Source: Geosiphon pyriformis uo1 (taxonomy: Eukaryota > Fungi > Glomeromycota). Taken from it: a stretch of DNA of 64,000 nucleotides. The notes beneath the pieces were generated by a model. That model ran no database searches and had not been told where the DNA came from. It worked only from the letters and a program-made list of their open reading frames with translations. Where the stretch lies: positions 860,190 through 924,189 of the forward strand of contig JAAOMT010000494.1 in assembly GCA_016748015.1 (NCBI GenBank). Direction: 5' to 3'. Position numbers and translations under genes: made by a program. The stretch's first letter is position 1. Every line of letters starts with the position of its first letter. Below, piece after piece: positions 51,305 through 64,000 of the stretch.

Positions 51305-52192
51305 TGTTATTTATAGAATATAAAAATTATATATTAGTATACAAATTAGCCAATCAGAATAAGACATAGTAAAAAGTGGAATTGCAGAATTCCAAAATTT
51401 CAGGATTCAAGAATGAAAAATCACAGGATTCTAGAATTTTAGAATTTCAAAATAAAAAATTGCAGAATTCCAGAATTCCAGAATTTTAGGATAAAAAATC
51501 ACAGAATTTCTGGTTAGAAAATTGAGAAATTCAAAAAATTTTATATAACATAAATTATATATATATAGTGAAAGTATTAAAAGCAGAAAAAAGATAATTT
51601 CTGGAGAATTCAATAGAGTTTTATTAATTTAGAACAATATCCTTCCTTTAAAAGATAGAATATTATAACTTGAAATGAAATTGTTCTCATATTAATAAAA
51701 TTATCTATTATTTTCAAATTTATGTTATTATTTACTACTTAATCTGCTGGCACAATAGCTCTTGATTATGGCTATTGACAGAAAACTTATTTCTTATTTC
51801 TTATTTTATTTTCTTTATTTTTTTATTTACTTTTATTTTTTTTATTTTTTTTTATTTTCTTTTGTTGTTTACTAAACTGATTAAAAAGATTAAGTACTGA
51901 GTAATTGATGTCAAAAATTGTCTGGTAAAAAAGCCTTGCAAAAGAGTAAACACTTAAATTTAAGAATTACTTATCAGAGGATTGCTGACTACCAAGCTAA
52001 GAAAAGAATTAATGAAATTACAATTCTAAGAGACTACTGAAAACAACTATTGAATCTCTGTTCATTATACAAAGAACTCAACAAAACTTTTAAACACCAA
52101 AACCTTCAGAAATTACCAACACTATTCAGGTATTAAACACCAAGTTACAGATTTGTTATTTGTTTTTAGACCTCAAATAATCACTTGTAATA
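51305..52192 (+). mobile_element. Solo LTR (family D) inside gag of C
   Basis: TGTTA...TAATA termini, perfect TSD ACAT, homologous to 15932-16761. Confidence 0.9.
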
Positions 52193-55100
52193 ACATATTG
52201 AAATTATAGAAATATTGTAAAAAGGCAAGTTTAAAAGCAACAAAGTCAGTTGTTTTTTTTTTCAAGACTTTGGTACTATAAATTTGTAGTTCTTGTTAAA
52301 AAAAAAACAGTGGTTTAATGGTTCTAGTATTATCTTAATTGTTAACAATAATTGCTTTCTTAGCTTCTGTTATCTAAGTATATGTATTATCTTTTTCCTT
52401 AAAAATTTTTTCTAATCTGACAATATCTCAGTAAGCCATTATTTAAGTAATAAGAGGTAGTTTACTTGTTGATAACAAGAAGTTTAATAGTAGTATATTA
52501 TATTGTTCTCTAAGCACTAATATTAATTGTTTCTCTTTGTTATTAGGGCCAATAAGTGGCAAGATGACTGTTTTTTCTATAAGAGTAATTGCTAACTCTG
52601 TTAGTAATTATGCTAATGGTAGTGCTCAAAAAGACATGCTTTTGTCAGGTTTACTGGCTGTTAAAGTAAGATTTCTAAATAGCAATTTGTATTTTTCCAG
52701 GATTTTTGTTCAAAGATTATTATTATGGTCTCAAGAGTACAAAATTTTAGAAGTTCTTGAAGTTTTTATTTGTGCCTCTATAAATTGGTTGAATAAAATT
52801 CTATTTTTCAGTGTTTAATAGTATAATAGAGTGGTTAGGAAAAAAAACCTTGATTTTTTGTTAATTATAGGTCATACTTGTTTTTTTTACTATTATCATA
52901 TTATTGGATTTAGACTTGAATTCTATGAAATTAGGTTTTACTATTTGTTTTTCTCTCAATTGAGAGTACTATTTTGTTATGTATCTTTTAATTTTTTTGT
53001 CAATTATATAAAAAGTTTTAGTTATGGCTTGAGTGGTGGTTTCTGTTGAGTATGTTAATAATTTTTAATAAATTTGTTTTTTGAATTTTCTTGTATCTTT
53101 TGTTTGATCTAATAAACAGTCAATCTTGTCATATATGTATTAACAAAAGTTACTTTTTACAATAATAGTTTCTAATAGTATTCTTAAGTCTTTTTTAAAG
53201 TATTAAAATAAAGCTTTTCTGTATAGTAAATAATTTTTTTTTACTGCCCTAATGGTTGCCACTTTTGTGAATTTCTGAAATGCTTTGTCTCTGTGGATTT
53301 TATAATCTTACAAAGAGCTTTAAATGTTATAAATAAACTTGGGATATATGATAGTAATGTTTGGTGCTCAAAATTTGGGTTTCTAAAGAGCTTTTAAAAG
53401 TTTTTTGTTGGTAAGCTTGTTCAATGTATCAGATTTAACAGTTTCTGAAGGTTTTTTCGATTGATGTAAATTTATCTATAAAGTTTTTTGGTTATAAGAC
53501 ACAGAGAGATAGTTTTGTGATGTTGCAATTTTATATATGTAAGCTATTTTCTTCAAGCTAATCAAACACAGTTATTAGAGTTTAATAATATCTTTTCATT
53601 CTTTTTGTAAGCTAACAAGATAATGTTAATATCAAATCTTAGAGAAAGCTTTTTTCTTTTACCAGGCTATTATAAAATCTATTTTTAGGCAGTCTATTTT
53701 TTTATGTTGTCACTTCAAAAGAGAAAACAAGAGAAAATAAAATAAAATAAAATAAATAAAATAAAAATAAAATAAAAGAAGAGAAATTAGTATCATCAAT
53801 TACTATAATCAAGAGTAATTAGTCAAATCATACTGGTTTGAGTTGGTTTTATGTTAAGAGCATTTGGCTAAGAACAAAGATAAAAACAAGATTAATTCAG
53901 CTAAAATATGTGAGTGTAAAAATTATATAAATATGGATTTTGGTTTTTCTAATATTTTTTTAATAATATAAGATATAGAATGTAACAAAAGATATGTAAT
54001 AAATATAAATAGAAAGAAGTTGATTTTTGTCTATCTATATGTCTTTTTATCTTCTATAATTACTCTCTTTTATACATTTCTCTTAGTTCTACAAGACTGC
54101 TTTTGATTATTTTGTTATTGCTAATTATTGCTTGCTATTTCTGTTATTGCTTCATTTCTTTATATTATTACTAGTTATTTTAAGTTTAACTAGTTTTTTT
54201 GTGCTATATTGCATTCTTGTATTTTGTATAGTGTTATTTTGAGTTATTATGTATTATTCTGTGTTTTTTTGTATTATTCTGTATTATTTTATGTTATCAT
54301 GTTTTGATTACGTTTTTTATAACTTAGATTGGTTTTTCTACTTAAATAACAGCATACTTATAGTAACAAGCTGTTGCATAATTAATGAATGAATTGATTT
54401 AAAATTTGTGGTACTATAAAATAGTTAGCTTTAATTGCCTAGATTTGGCACAAATTTTAATAGAAACATCCCAAATATGTAGTGACTGTTTCAGTATTAT
54501 TTTGTTTAATGGTAATAAAGCTAGTTAATAACCAATTAATGCTATTGTAATTGCTAAAATATTGTAAAAATGTGGTTTTAAATACATTAAAGATTTGTGG
54601 TTTGTTAACTAAACTTTAATATCACAAGTTAGTAATATCTTGTAAAAAATAAAAAATAGCTTGAAAAACGTTGACATTATTCTATCTATTGGCTATAATG
54701 ACTTTTACTATGTTGTTTAGCCATGTTTGAACATTGTCTTCTTTGCCAATAAATTTCTTGAGTTTAGCAATAGGTGTATATGCTATTAGTGTAAGTTGTT
54801 ATTGTTAAGATTATTGTTATTATATGGTAATTGGTGCAATTAGTAGATTGATCACAATAACTGGAAGTAAGTTTTACTAAAAAATTGGAGGGAAGTTTGG
54901 ATTGTTTGGGTGTTATAGAGTTTAAACAATTAGAATTTGTACTTTTAAGTTATTTGAGATTAGATTTTGATTATTATTTCTGATATTTGTTTGTTTTTTT
55001 TTCTGATTTAGTATTTTTCTAATAATTGGTAGATCTGAAATTTGGTTGAGATGGTAATAATTAAAGTCTTAATGATGTTGTTGATTACAATTTAAATCCT

Positions 55101-58100
55101 TCAAAAAAATTGTTGTAAGTTCTTAATAATTTGGCTTTTTTTTGATTATTTTGAAATAGTATTCTTGCTAATAGTGTTTTTATGGCTGCTGTAGATGTAA
55201 TTGTTAATGTTATGTGGATGGTATTTCCAAATGTGTAGTAATATGATGAGTTAATAAGTAAAATAACTCTTGGTTTCTTCTAATTAGATGGTTGTATTTT
55301 TTTTGGTATTTTTGCTAAAGTTTGTAATTTTCTTTTGTTTGTAAAAATAAAAAAAAATTTGATGTATTTTTCAATTTTTCTGTTTATTTCTATGATTAGT
55401 GATGCAAACAGATAGTTTAATAAAAGTGTGGTATTTTGTAATAGTTTACTATAAAAGTTTTTGAGAGTACCTTTTAGATCTTTTTGGGTTTTCAAGTAAG
55501 ATTTAATTTTTTTGTTAATATAGAAATTAAAAGCTAATTCTGCTAGCCAATAGTTATTTGTCAATTCAAAATGAGTTTGGTAATGTTAAAATAAGAATTT
55601 TGTGAATTTTAAATAATTTTTTTTATGAATTTTTGGTCTGTTACTTTTTCAGATAATTGATATTAGTGCTGGTTCTCTGTTAGATTATATTTTACAGAGA
55701 GCATCAAATATTACTAATGATTATTTAAGGTGTTGGAACAAATAACAAACCTGTAACTTGGTGCTTAATAACTAGTAATGTTGGTAATTTCTAAAGATTT
55801 TGGAGTTTAAAGGTTTTAGTTGAGTTCTTTATATAATAAACAGAGATTTAATTGATGGTTTCTTCTGTAAATTTTTTTTTAACATGATAGCTGATTTATT
55901 CTGACAGTCATGTCTTTTTAATAAGCTATTTTTAGATTTCTACTCTTGTTTTCAAGTCTTTTACCAGACTATTCTTGACATTAAATACTTAGTACTTAAT
56001 TCTTTTAATCAATTAGTAAACAATAAAAAAATAAAACAAAAAAAAATAAAAAAAAATAAAAATAAAAAATAAAAAATTAATATTTTATCAATAGCTATGA
56101 TCAAAAGCTATTGGTCTAATATGATTAAATATTGAATTTTATCAATATAGAGAGTGTTAATAAAATAGAATAAATTAATATTTTTTTAATTAAGTGATAA
56201 TAACATAGATTAGATAATAATAGATAATTTTATTAATATAAAAATAATTTCATTTCAAGTTATAAAAAACTATTTTTTGAAAAAAGGGGTATTGTTGTTT
56301 TTAAACTAAATTTAATTCTATCTATTTTATTGAATTTTTCTAAAATTACTTTTTCTGCTTTTAATATTCTTACTATATATATATAATTTATGTTATATAA
56401 GATTTTTTGAAATTCTTCAATTTTTTTGAAAAAAAATTCTAAAATTCTGCAATTCTGCAATTTCTTAAGAAAAATCTTAGAATTTTGTAATTTTGTAATT
56501 TTTTCTTTTATTATGCCTATTTCTGATTGGTTATTTTATCTATTATTATAATTCCTAATTTCTATAAGTAATACTGGACATTAGCATTAGTTTTTTGTAA
56601 GAACTAAGTAACAGAAAAGCCTTGGAGATAGCCACCAATAATTTGGAATTTGTATTTATTATTGTATTAATTGGCTGTAACAGTTCTTTTAAAGTTATCT
56701 AAACATTCAATTAAATCTTGTGTATTACCTCTGAATAAAAGTAATAGGATGTTGTTTTTTGTCTTAAAGCAGTTTGTATATCTTGGAGGGCAGTTAGAAT
56801 GTTTGTTTATATGAAGTTAACAGTTATTGGTTTAAAAATAATTGTTTAAGTAGAATAGTTTGATTTACTTAAAAAAAGATTAAAAACAAAAACAGTTTAA
56901 TAGTTTTTTTTTCTGTTTCAAAGAAAGTTCAGTTAACTGATAGGCAGCAATTTAAATGTGAATTTAATGATTTAGATATTTAAATTTAGAAGGTTGTTGT
57001 TTAAAAGTTGTTAAGTATAAAAGCTAATTAATATTGTTATTTTTTTTTTAGGAGTTTCTTCAAAGTAGGCTTAATTAAAGAAATAGATAGTATAAGCTGT
57101 ATAGATTTCAATTAAATGCTTGTTTAGAAACTAGTTCCAGAAGTTTTGGAATTGTTTATTAGATTGTTTTTCAAGAAGAAAACAGATCAAGCAAAAGAGC
57201 AGAAAATTGAGTACAATAAAATCTAGGTTATTTCTATTGTATGCTGTAAAGTATTCTTCTAATTGTTGTAACAGATATGAATAATTACCCATACAATAAG
57301 AAAATAAATAAATTTTGACAACTTTACAGAAAGCACCACTTTTATGTTATGGTTGAAATAACAAGTTAATGAATAGCAAAAGAGAACAGAATTATAGAGT
57401 AATAAAATTAATTAAAGAGAATTCAATTTTAAGAAACAAATTAAATGAATATGGATTTAATATGCAAAATTAGTTTCATAAAATATTTCAGTTATTATTT
57501 TTTTCAAAAGATAACTAAAAAATCTGAAGGTAAAGAAATAGTTCATATTGTCAACAAATAATAACACACTAGTATAATTCTATGTTTCATATTAACACTT
57601 TTAAAATTCAATCTCAAGTATCAGATGTGCTTTTTAGTTATATTTTATTTAATAATCTTTAAATATTACAATTATACAAGTTAAAAAAAGGGTAGGTTAA
57701 TACTAATAAATAATTTTTTATCCTAAGATGTTCAGATACTTAAAAATAGAAAAAAAAAATAAGTAATAAAAAAAAGATAGAGATAATAATTGTTATTTTA
57801 TTTATTTTTAATTAATTGTTATATATTTTTTTCTATATTTAAAAGACTTATTGCTTATATAGCTATTAAAAGTAATTATTAATTAGATTAACAACTAGGT
57901 TAATAATTAAGTCAATAATCAGATTAACAGTTAAATTATTGATCAGATCAATAATTACTATCTAAAAATAGGTGGCTAATTATATAACATAAGTAACTAA
58001 TATATATAATAACTAATAAAAACTATGGGTTTAATTGTAACAATATCAAAAAATTTATTGGCAATATCCAAAATATATTGAATTAAAATTTGGCTATTTT

Positions 58101-61100
58101 TTATCCAAATTATATTATCAACAAAAATTTTAGCTGTAAGAAATAAAGTTTTCTTTTTTGTGTTTTTTAATCTGCCTGTTTTGATTACAAATTTTGTGTT
58201 AATAACTACATAAATGTTTATGTCTCTTAATTTCATATAAGAAAAAGTCATAAAAAATTTTTTAAAGAAGAGATAAAAAACTTTACTTTAATCTAATTAA
58301 TCATGTATATAATAATTATTCAAAAAACCAAAGTCAGTTATAATTCTGTTAATCCTGTTCTAATGTATATTGTCAAAGAAATTAATAAATTATTTACATA
58401 TCTTAATATATTTTAAACTGTTTCTCAAATAATATTAGTCAACCAAATTATATGTTTTATACATGTTTTACAGAACTAATTATAGCTCTCTATTTTTTTT
58501 CAAAGTATTTTTTACAACTAAGCCAATTACAAACATTAAAAACCAAATTGATATATTTTTTAACACCAAAAAATTATCTCTACAAAGAATACCAAATTTG
58601 TTATACACAAAAAAAATCTGGCTTAAAAGTATTTTTGACAAAATTTTTTTGGCTGTTTTAATTAGTGCTATTGGTTTAGTATTAATTAGCATATCATCCC
58701 AATTATAAGGTTTTAAAATCATAAAAACCTAAATTTTTTTTATAAAATAAAAACTGTGCCAATATTCAGACAACTATTTAACAAAACTAAGAAACAATTT
58801 ATAACTTCAGAACCACAGTGCTTTTACAATTCATTCAAGATACTAGATAAGTCAACAGCTTTGTTATCAGATAAATCTCTTACAATTAGAATTAATTCAT
58901 TCAAACTGATTTGTTTCATAATTCTATAAAACATTTTGTTTTTAATATAATCTAAAGACACATATTACCAAAACCAAATATCTGGCACTATTTTAAATAC
59001 CAGTTTTTTTTAGTCTAACTTTTTATTATTTTATTTATCTTGTCTTTTACTATCTCAGATTCTAAAATCAAATTTCTACCTATTATTAAACAATCTAAAA
59101 CCATCTTTTGAAAAGATCTCTTTAGTATATTTCTAATTATATAATCTTTATTTGTATAGAAGTTTTTTATTTTTTTATTAATTGCACTTCTAATTGCAAC
59201 TGTTTTTATAATTTTAGATTCTTGATATTTAGATATTTAATACTTTTTTTTGACTTTTAACAAAAAAAAAATTTTTTATTTTTTATTCTATTTTAATAAG
59301 AGATAACAGTTCAAAAAAATTACTAGCATCTAATTTTAACCAATTATTTAAAGGTAATTAAACTTAATAGTATTCTTCAAAAAAAAGTTTTAACTACTTT
59401 TAAAATTTCTAATCTGTAAAATCTTGAGAACTGCTTATTTTTGAAATTATTGGAATTTTTAAACCAAATTTTGTAAAAAACTTTGTTTGTTAACTTAATC
59501 ATTATTAATCTTAAAAACTCTTACATAACATCTAAATCATTTTGTTTTCTTGTGATTTGAAACTTGTCAAGTACATAAAACATTTATTTTGATAAACATT
59601 CTCTAAACTGAATTCACTTTAAATTATTAATATCTTTAATTCTTATTAACTTGTTTGTAAATTGTATTTAAGTGTTTATTTAAAAAATTATTCAAGTCAA
59701 TCAAAATTATAACAGCTAAATGATTAGTATTAAAAAAGTCAGAAATATTACTGATTTTATATTTAACTATTGTTGTTAAAAAATGTTTATTAATCAAAAT
59801 ATAGTTAATAGTTTTTTTTAAATTTCTTGAATTGCTTTATGTTAGAACCTTAACAACTAAATTACTTATTAAAGAATTGTACAAACCCAAATCAAAAACA
59901 TTTCTTGAAACTTGTACTATATTTCACACTATTTTTATTGAAATTATTTCTAATTATTATATAAAAACTCAAATTAACTATCTTAATAATACAAAAGTTT
60001 ATCCTAAAAGTCTAATCAAACCATATACTTGTCAAAGTTTTAACATAAAGACCCAAAACTGTTATTAAAAGCTTATTGTCAAACAATAAACAAATTAAAG
60101 TAAATGGTTTGAGACTTTAAAGACTTTACTAATATGCTAAGCAAAAGCATTATTTATTATTATAACTACTCTTAAACTCAAATAACCAGAATTTATACTG
60201 AAAACAAAAATTTTTATATTTGATAATCTATTTTTAATCTAAACACTAAAGTCTCAACAAAAGCCAGAAAAGAAGATAAAAACAAAATCTGCAAATTATT
60301 CAAAACTATGTTCAAATCTAAATCCAAACTAAAAATCAGTAAATTTATAAGAACATAAAAAAAAAAATTATTAACACCAACTCTATACTATTAAGTTTAT
60401 ATATAATACCAAATATTTAATCAGTTAACAGCTTTAAGAAACATTCCAAAAAGATTAAACAAACATTCATAGAAAAATTGTTCAATAATATAAAGGGAGT
60501 TTTTTTATTAAAACTTAAAACACCAAGAAGAAAAAACTCAAAACCAAAACCAAAATACAAATTCTTAAAAACAGAAGCCACTAAAACCACCTGAGTCCAT
60601 AACTTGTTACCAAAAGCAATAAAACAAAAAATAAAAACATTTCTTTTGGCATATAATTTGGCCAACTGAAAACAATTTTCATTCAAAACTAACTTTTTAA
60701 ATACTTTCAAAAACAGAAATATAGAGAAACCAGATGTATTATACTTTAAAGCAAAATGTTCAAAACATTTTATATTTTTTACATCAAATCAAATTTATTT
60801 TAACTCAAAATAATTTTATACCACCAAAAATTGGCTTCATGTAAAAAACAGATTCTAGTTTTTTATCTGATTTAAAACCAACCACAGTACAGTAAATTCT
60901 ATTGCCAGTTTTAAATAATTAATTTATAATGCAAGTTTTTTTACCAGTTTTTTTCAATAAATTACCAAAATTATAAATAGTTGTTCTTACAAACAAAATA
61001 AACAAAAGCATCTTAAACCAATCTCTTAACATTCAAACATCATAATTTCCTATAGTTTTTGTTATATATACTGAATTTTTTCTGATTAGAAATAACTATC

Positions 61101-62089
61101 TAGCTGCTAACAAATTTGCTTAAGTAAATTCAATATATTTTATTATAGTTTTTTATTATAGCCTAATTAATTATAATTAAATTAACTTAATTTGATTAAA
61201 CTTAGATAAAGCTGCAATAATCATTTCCTTTGGTGTAACTATGAGAATTTTTTTAACAACTACAGCCTGATTTGAACAAAATTTTTGTTTTTTGAGATTG
61301 TTGTTTATGAAAATTTTTTTTCTAGCCAATAACATAGTTATTTTCATGCTTTCTTTTAATGTAAACATTAATTTGATGATTTTTTCAAATTTTAAAGGAG
61401 TAATAGTTTTTCCAAAATCGTTGATTATTGAAAAAAAATTCTAATAACTTGAGTTTTTGTTATTGTTAATTTGTTTTCTATAGTAGAAAAATTAATGTCC
61501 AACACAAAAGATTTTTTGATCATTATTTCTACTAAAGTCTTTACTATTTTGTAATTAATCTATTTTTTGTTCAAAAAAATGTTGAAAAAAAAAATATTCT
61601 TTATTTTTATTTATACTATAGTTAATTATACCAATAGAGGAATTATAATTCAAGCCAGTATTAATTTTTTTTACTTTAAAGATTATTACTGTTGAGCCAA
61701 AAAAAAACTATCATCAGTATCTATTAATATATTATTAATATTATTATTACTGAACTTACTATCTATATCTAAGTATAATCTATTTTTAAGACCAGATTTG
61801 ACTAAAAAAGTTTTTTTTCATTACTAAATGTTTAATATTGTCTACTAAAACTCTTTTTTTTTAAGAGAATAAACTCTTAACAAGATCATAAAAAGCTCTT
61901 TTGAATGCTTTTTTCTTAGACATATTGCTACTTGAAACAGTCTTTAAGTTCATTACAAAAAGATTATTAGTTTAAAAAATATTAAAAATAATATAACTAA
62001 AAAACAAAAACAAAAAAACTTTTTTTTTAAAAAATGTTTTTTGAAAAATTTTGAACATAAAAAAAAAAATTTTATATTTATTTTATTTT

Positions 62090-62580
62090 ATTAATTTTAA
62101 CAATATAAATAAAAAAAATATGAAAAATATAAATATTAATAAGTAATTTATTATTTACAGATATTTAAATATTTAAAAATATAAATATTGTTTTTATTAC
62201 TTTGATTTTATCATGTTTTTTTATAGTTAAAAAATTTATTATTTATATAATTACTTAAAATAATTGATAATTAAATTATTAATTAAGTTAACAATTAAGT
62301 TAATAATTAAATTAATAGTTAAATTAATAATTATTATTTAAAAATAATATAGCTAATTATTAGCTAATATATATAATAATTAATGATTTTTAATTATAAT
62401 ATTATTTTTTAAAAAAAATTAAAATTAAGCAATTTATAAATATTTTAATTAAAAAGTTTTAATTTAAAATTAACTAATTTAATAAAGTTTTTTATGAATA
62501 AAATATATAAAATTTAAAATAAGATAAATTTTTATTATTAAGTTTTAATAAAATATGTTCAAATATAATTTAATATAATA
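62090..62580 (-). repeat. Remainder of the old LTR-A-like 3' LTR with PPT and ORF3 end
   Basis: Degenerate similarity to 27530-27990. Appears to continue the fragment cut at ~4921. Confidence 0.55.
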
Positions 62581-62583
62581 TAT

Positions 62584-64000
62584 TATTACAAATAAACTTG
62601 GTAAAATATAATAGTAATATTTGGTGCTCTATATTTGAGTAAAAAAGCTTGAGAATTTTTTTTGTTTGCTATAAGCAACAGATCAAAGTAATTAGTCTTT
62701 AAAAATTTTTAATATATGTAAATTTATCTATAGAATTCTTTAGTTATAAGACACAAAAATATGGTTTAACTGTTTACAGTTAAATGTATATGAGCTATCT
62801 TTTTTAAACTAGTCAAGTACAACTGTTAAGATTTAATATTATTTTTCTATCAGAAAAAAAATAAAAATAAAAATAAAAATAAAAATAAAAAAAATTAGTG
62901 TTATTAATTATTATAATCAAGAATAATTAGTTTAAGTCATTAAAATTTTGAAGGTGTTTAAGAAAATAAGTTTTTATTTTCTGTTTGTTTTTTTTTATTT
63001 GCTAAAACTATTTATTTTTATACATATTTTTTAGTTTTACAAGATTGTTTTTAATTATTTATTATTATTAACTATTATTTATTATTTTAGTTATTGTTTT
63101 ATTCTTTTATATTATAATTAGTTATCTTATATTATGACTAATTATTTTGTGCTATTTTACATTATTGTGTATTATCTTACATTATTTTGAGTTATTATGT
63201 ATTATTATGTATTATTTTGTATTATAATAATTTTTTTATATTATCATTTTTTAATCATGTTTTTTTAATAATTTTTGAATTGGCTTTTTTACTTAAGTAA
63301 TATTATTTTTTTCTTTTAAAATTAAGCTTTTATAAAATTGTATATATCTGTAAAAATTGTTTTTTCAGTATAATATTTAGTTGTTATATTAAGTATTGCT
63401 TTTTGTAGGTTTTCAAATTGTGAATTTATTATTTGTTCTATGTTATTAATTGTAATAATTTTTAGTAAATTGTTTAATAGTATAACTAAACAATATTTAA
63501 ATACTGAATACAGTTAATATATTGCTTTGTAGTGTAATGTTAAGTTGTTTTTTCCAATAAATTTTTTCACTTGTTTAAGAGTTTTTCTGTTGAATATTTG
63601 TTTGTTAGTATTTAAATATAGTGTTTTTAGGTTTAGTCTTTTGCCAATTTTAAAGAATTAATATATTAGTAGAAGTTTTTTTTTCCATTTTTTGGAGATT
63701 TTTGGTATTTACTCTTCTGTTATTAGTTTCATAATTAGCCTACTTAAAGCTTTTTTAATTTTATTAAGCATATATAACTATATATCTTTTTTTTTCTCTC
63801 TTAATTAGTTGTAGAAATAAGAACACTTAATTTTTATTAAACTTTTGTCTATCTTTTTTTTGCTTATATTTTTGTATTATATATATTTTTTATTAATTGT
63901 GATTTTTATTGATGTTGTAAATTGTTAAATTGTTTCAAATAGTTGTTATAAAAGTTTTAAGATTTTGTTTAAAAAGTTCATATTAAGAGTGTTTTTAACT
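62584..64000 (-). mobile_element. 3' end of another family-C Gypsy element (3' LTR 62584-63302, PPT, ORF3), running off the window
   Basis: Colinear with 38993-40700, with internal LTR deletions. Confidence 0.85.

Larger units (their letters stand above)
38993..54351 (-). mobile_element. Ty3/Gypsy element C (gag, PR, Cys-rich region, dUTPase, RT, RH, INT, ORF3)
   Basis: LTRs 53325-54351 and 38993-~40024. TSD ATAT/GCAT (two transitions). Protease IKLIFNSGFT. dUTPase ~48550-48840. RT ~42700-43300. RNase H IIATDT. Integrase ORF 41422..41721. ORF3 ~40040-40760. Confidence 0.87.
36034..56573 (-). mobile_element. Internally deleted Gypsy element D (gag, PR, partial dUTPase; no RT, RH or INT), host of C
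   Basis: LTRs 55709-56573 and 36034-36884. TSD CTAG/CTGG. Degenerate PBS ~55690-55706. gag resumes across C. The dUTPase start NTGFDFKY runs straight into ...DLNRA-stop and the PPT. Confidence 0.85.
27179..58042 (-). mobile_element. Ty3/Gypsy element A2 (family A), expanded to ~31 kb by nested insertions, own pol mostly deleted
   Basis: LTRs 57345-58042 and 27179-27832. Perfect TSD ATAT inside the LINE RT. PBS 57322-57338. gag 57300-56574 resumes at 36033. Protease ~34700. ORF3 ~27893-28450. Confidence 0.88.
4927..62085 (-). mobile_element. Dead non-LTR retrotransposon (LINE: ORF1, APE, RT, RNase H, CCHC) split into four pieces: ~58043-62085, 26168-27178, 14007-14102, ~4927-6252
   Basis: ORF1 from 61953 (AVVVKKILIVTPKEMIIAALSKF). 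APE remnant TINYILI...FFNTNHLAV near 59700-59830. RT remnants KPYNW..TKPIALIKTAKKILSKIL and FVDNIIW. RNase H remnants AYF..VNMDI, IIALVLEYV, LYLDNQ, WSKIKSY..IVGN. C-terminal CLFCKEVEFSDY near 5570-5610. A-tract near 4927-4944. Frames resume across each LTR insertion. Confidence 0.8.

Overview
Eukaryotic (fungal) DNA. The short AT-rich introns, the UPF1 sequence and the transposon proteins resemble an early-diverging fungus, probably Glomeromycotina/Mucoromycota (inference from recall, not searched). Bases 1-2152 are the last five exons of an intact UPF1/NAM7 helicase gene with a metazoan-like SQ-rich tail. From about 2.75 kb the DNA becomes very AT-rich and nearly CpG-free, and the rest is one nested stack of dead transposons. 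Much of the stack can be rebuilt from LTR termini, 4-bp target-site duplications (TSDs) and reading frames that resume across insertions: an old LTR contains an RNase H-type LINE, which contains Ty3/Gypsy elements A1, B and A2; A2 contains E and D; D contains C; C contains a Tc1/IS630-like transposase next to a bromodomain gene fragment; the transposase contains a solo LTR. Most notable: (1) a non-chromoviral Gypsy lineage with a long Gag N-extension, a Cys-rich insert and a dUTPase between protease and RT, plus an extra 3' ORF in every family; (2) LTR RNA structures shared across families (an anti-PBS stem and a covarying hairpin next to TACTAAC and a pyrimidine tract); (3) a UUUAAAC -1 frameshift site; (4) RIP-like C>T/G>A hypermutation not limited to CpG. 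All coordinates were read by eye and may be off by a few bases.
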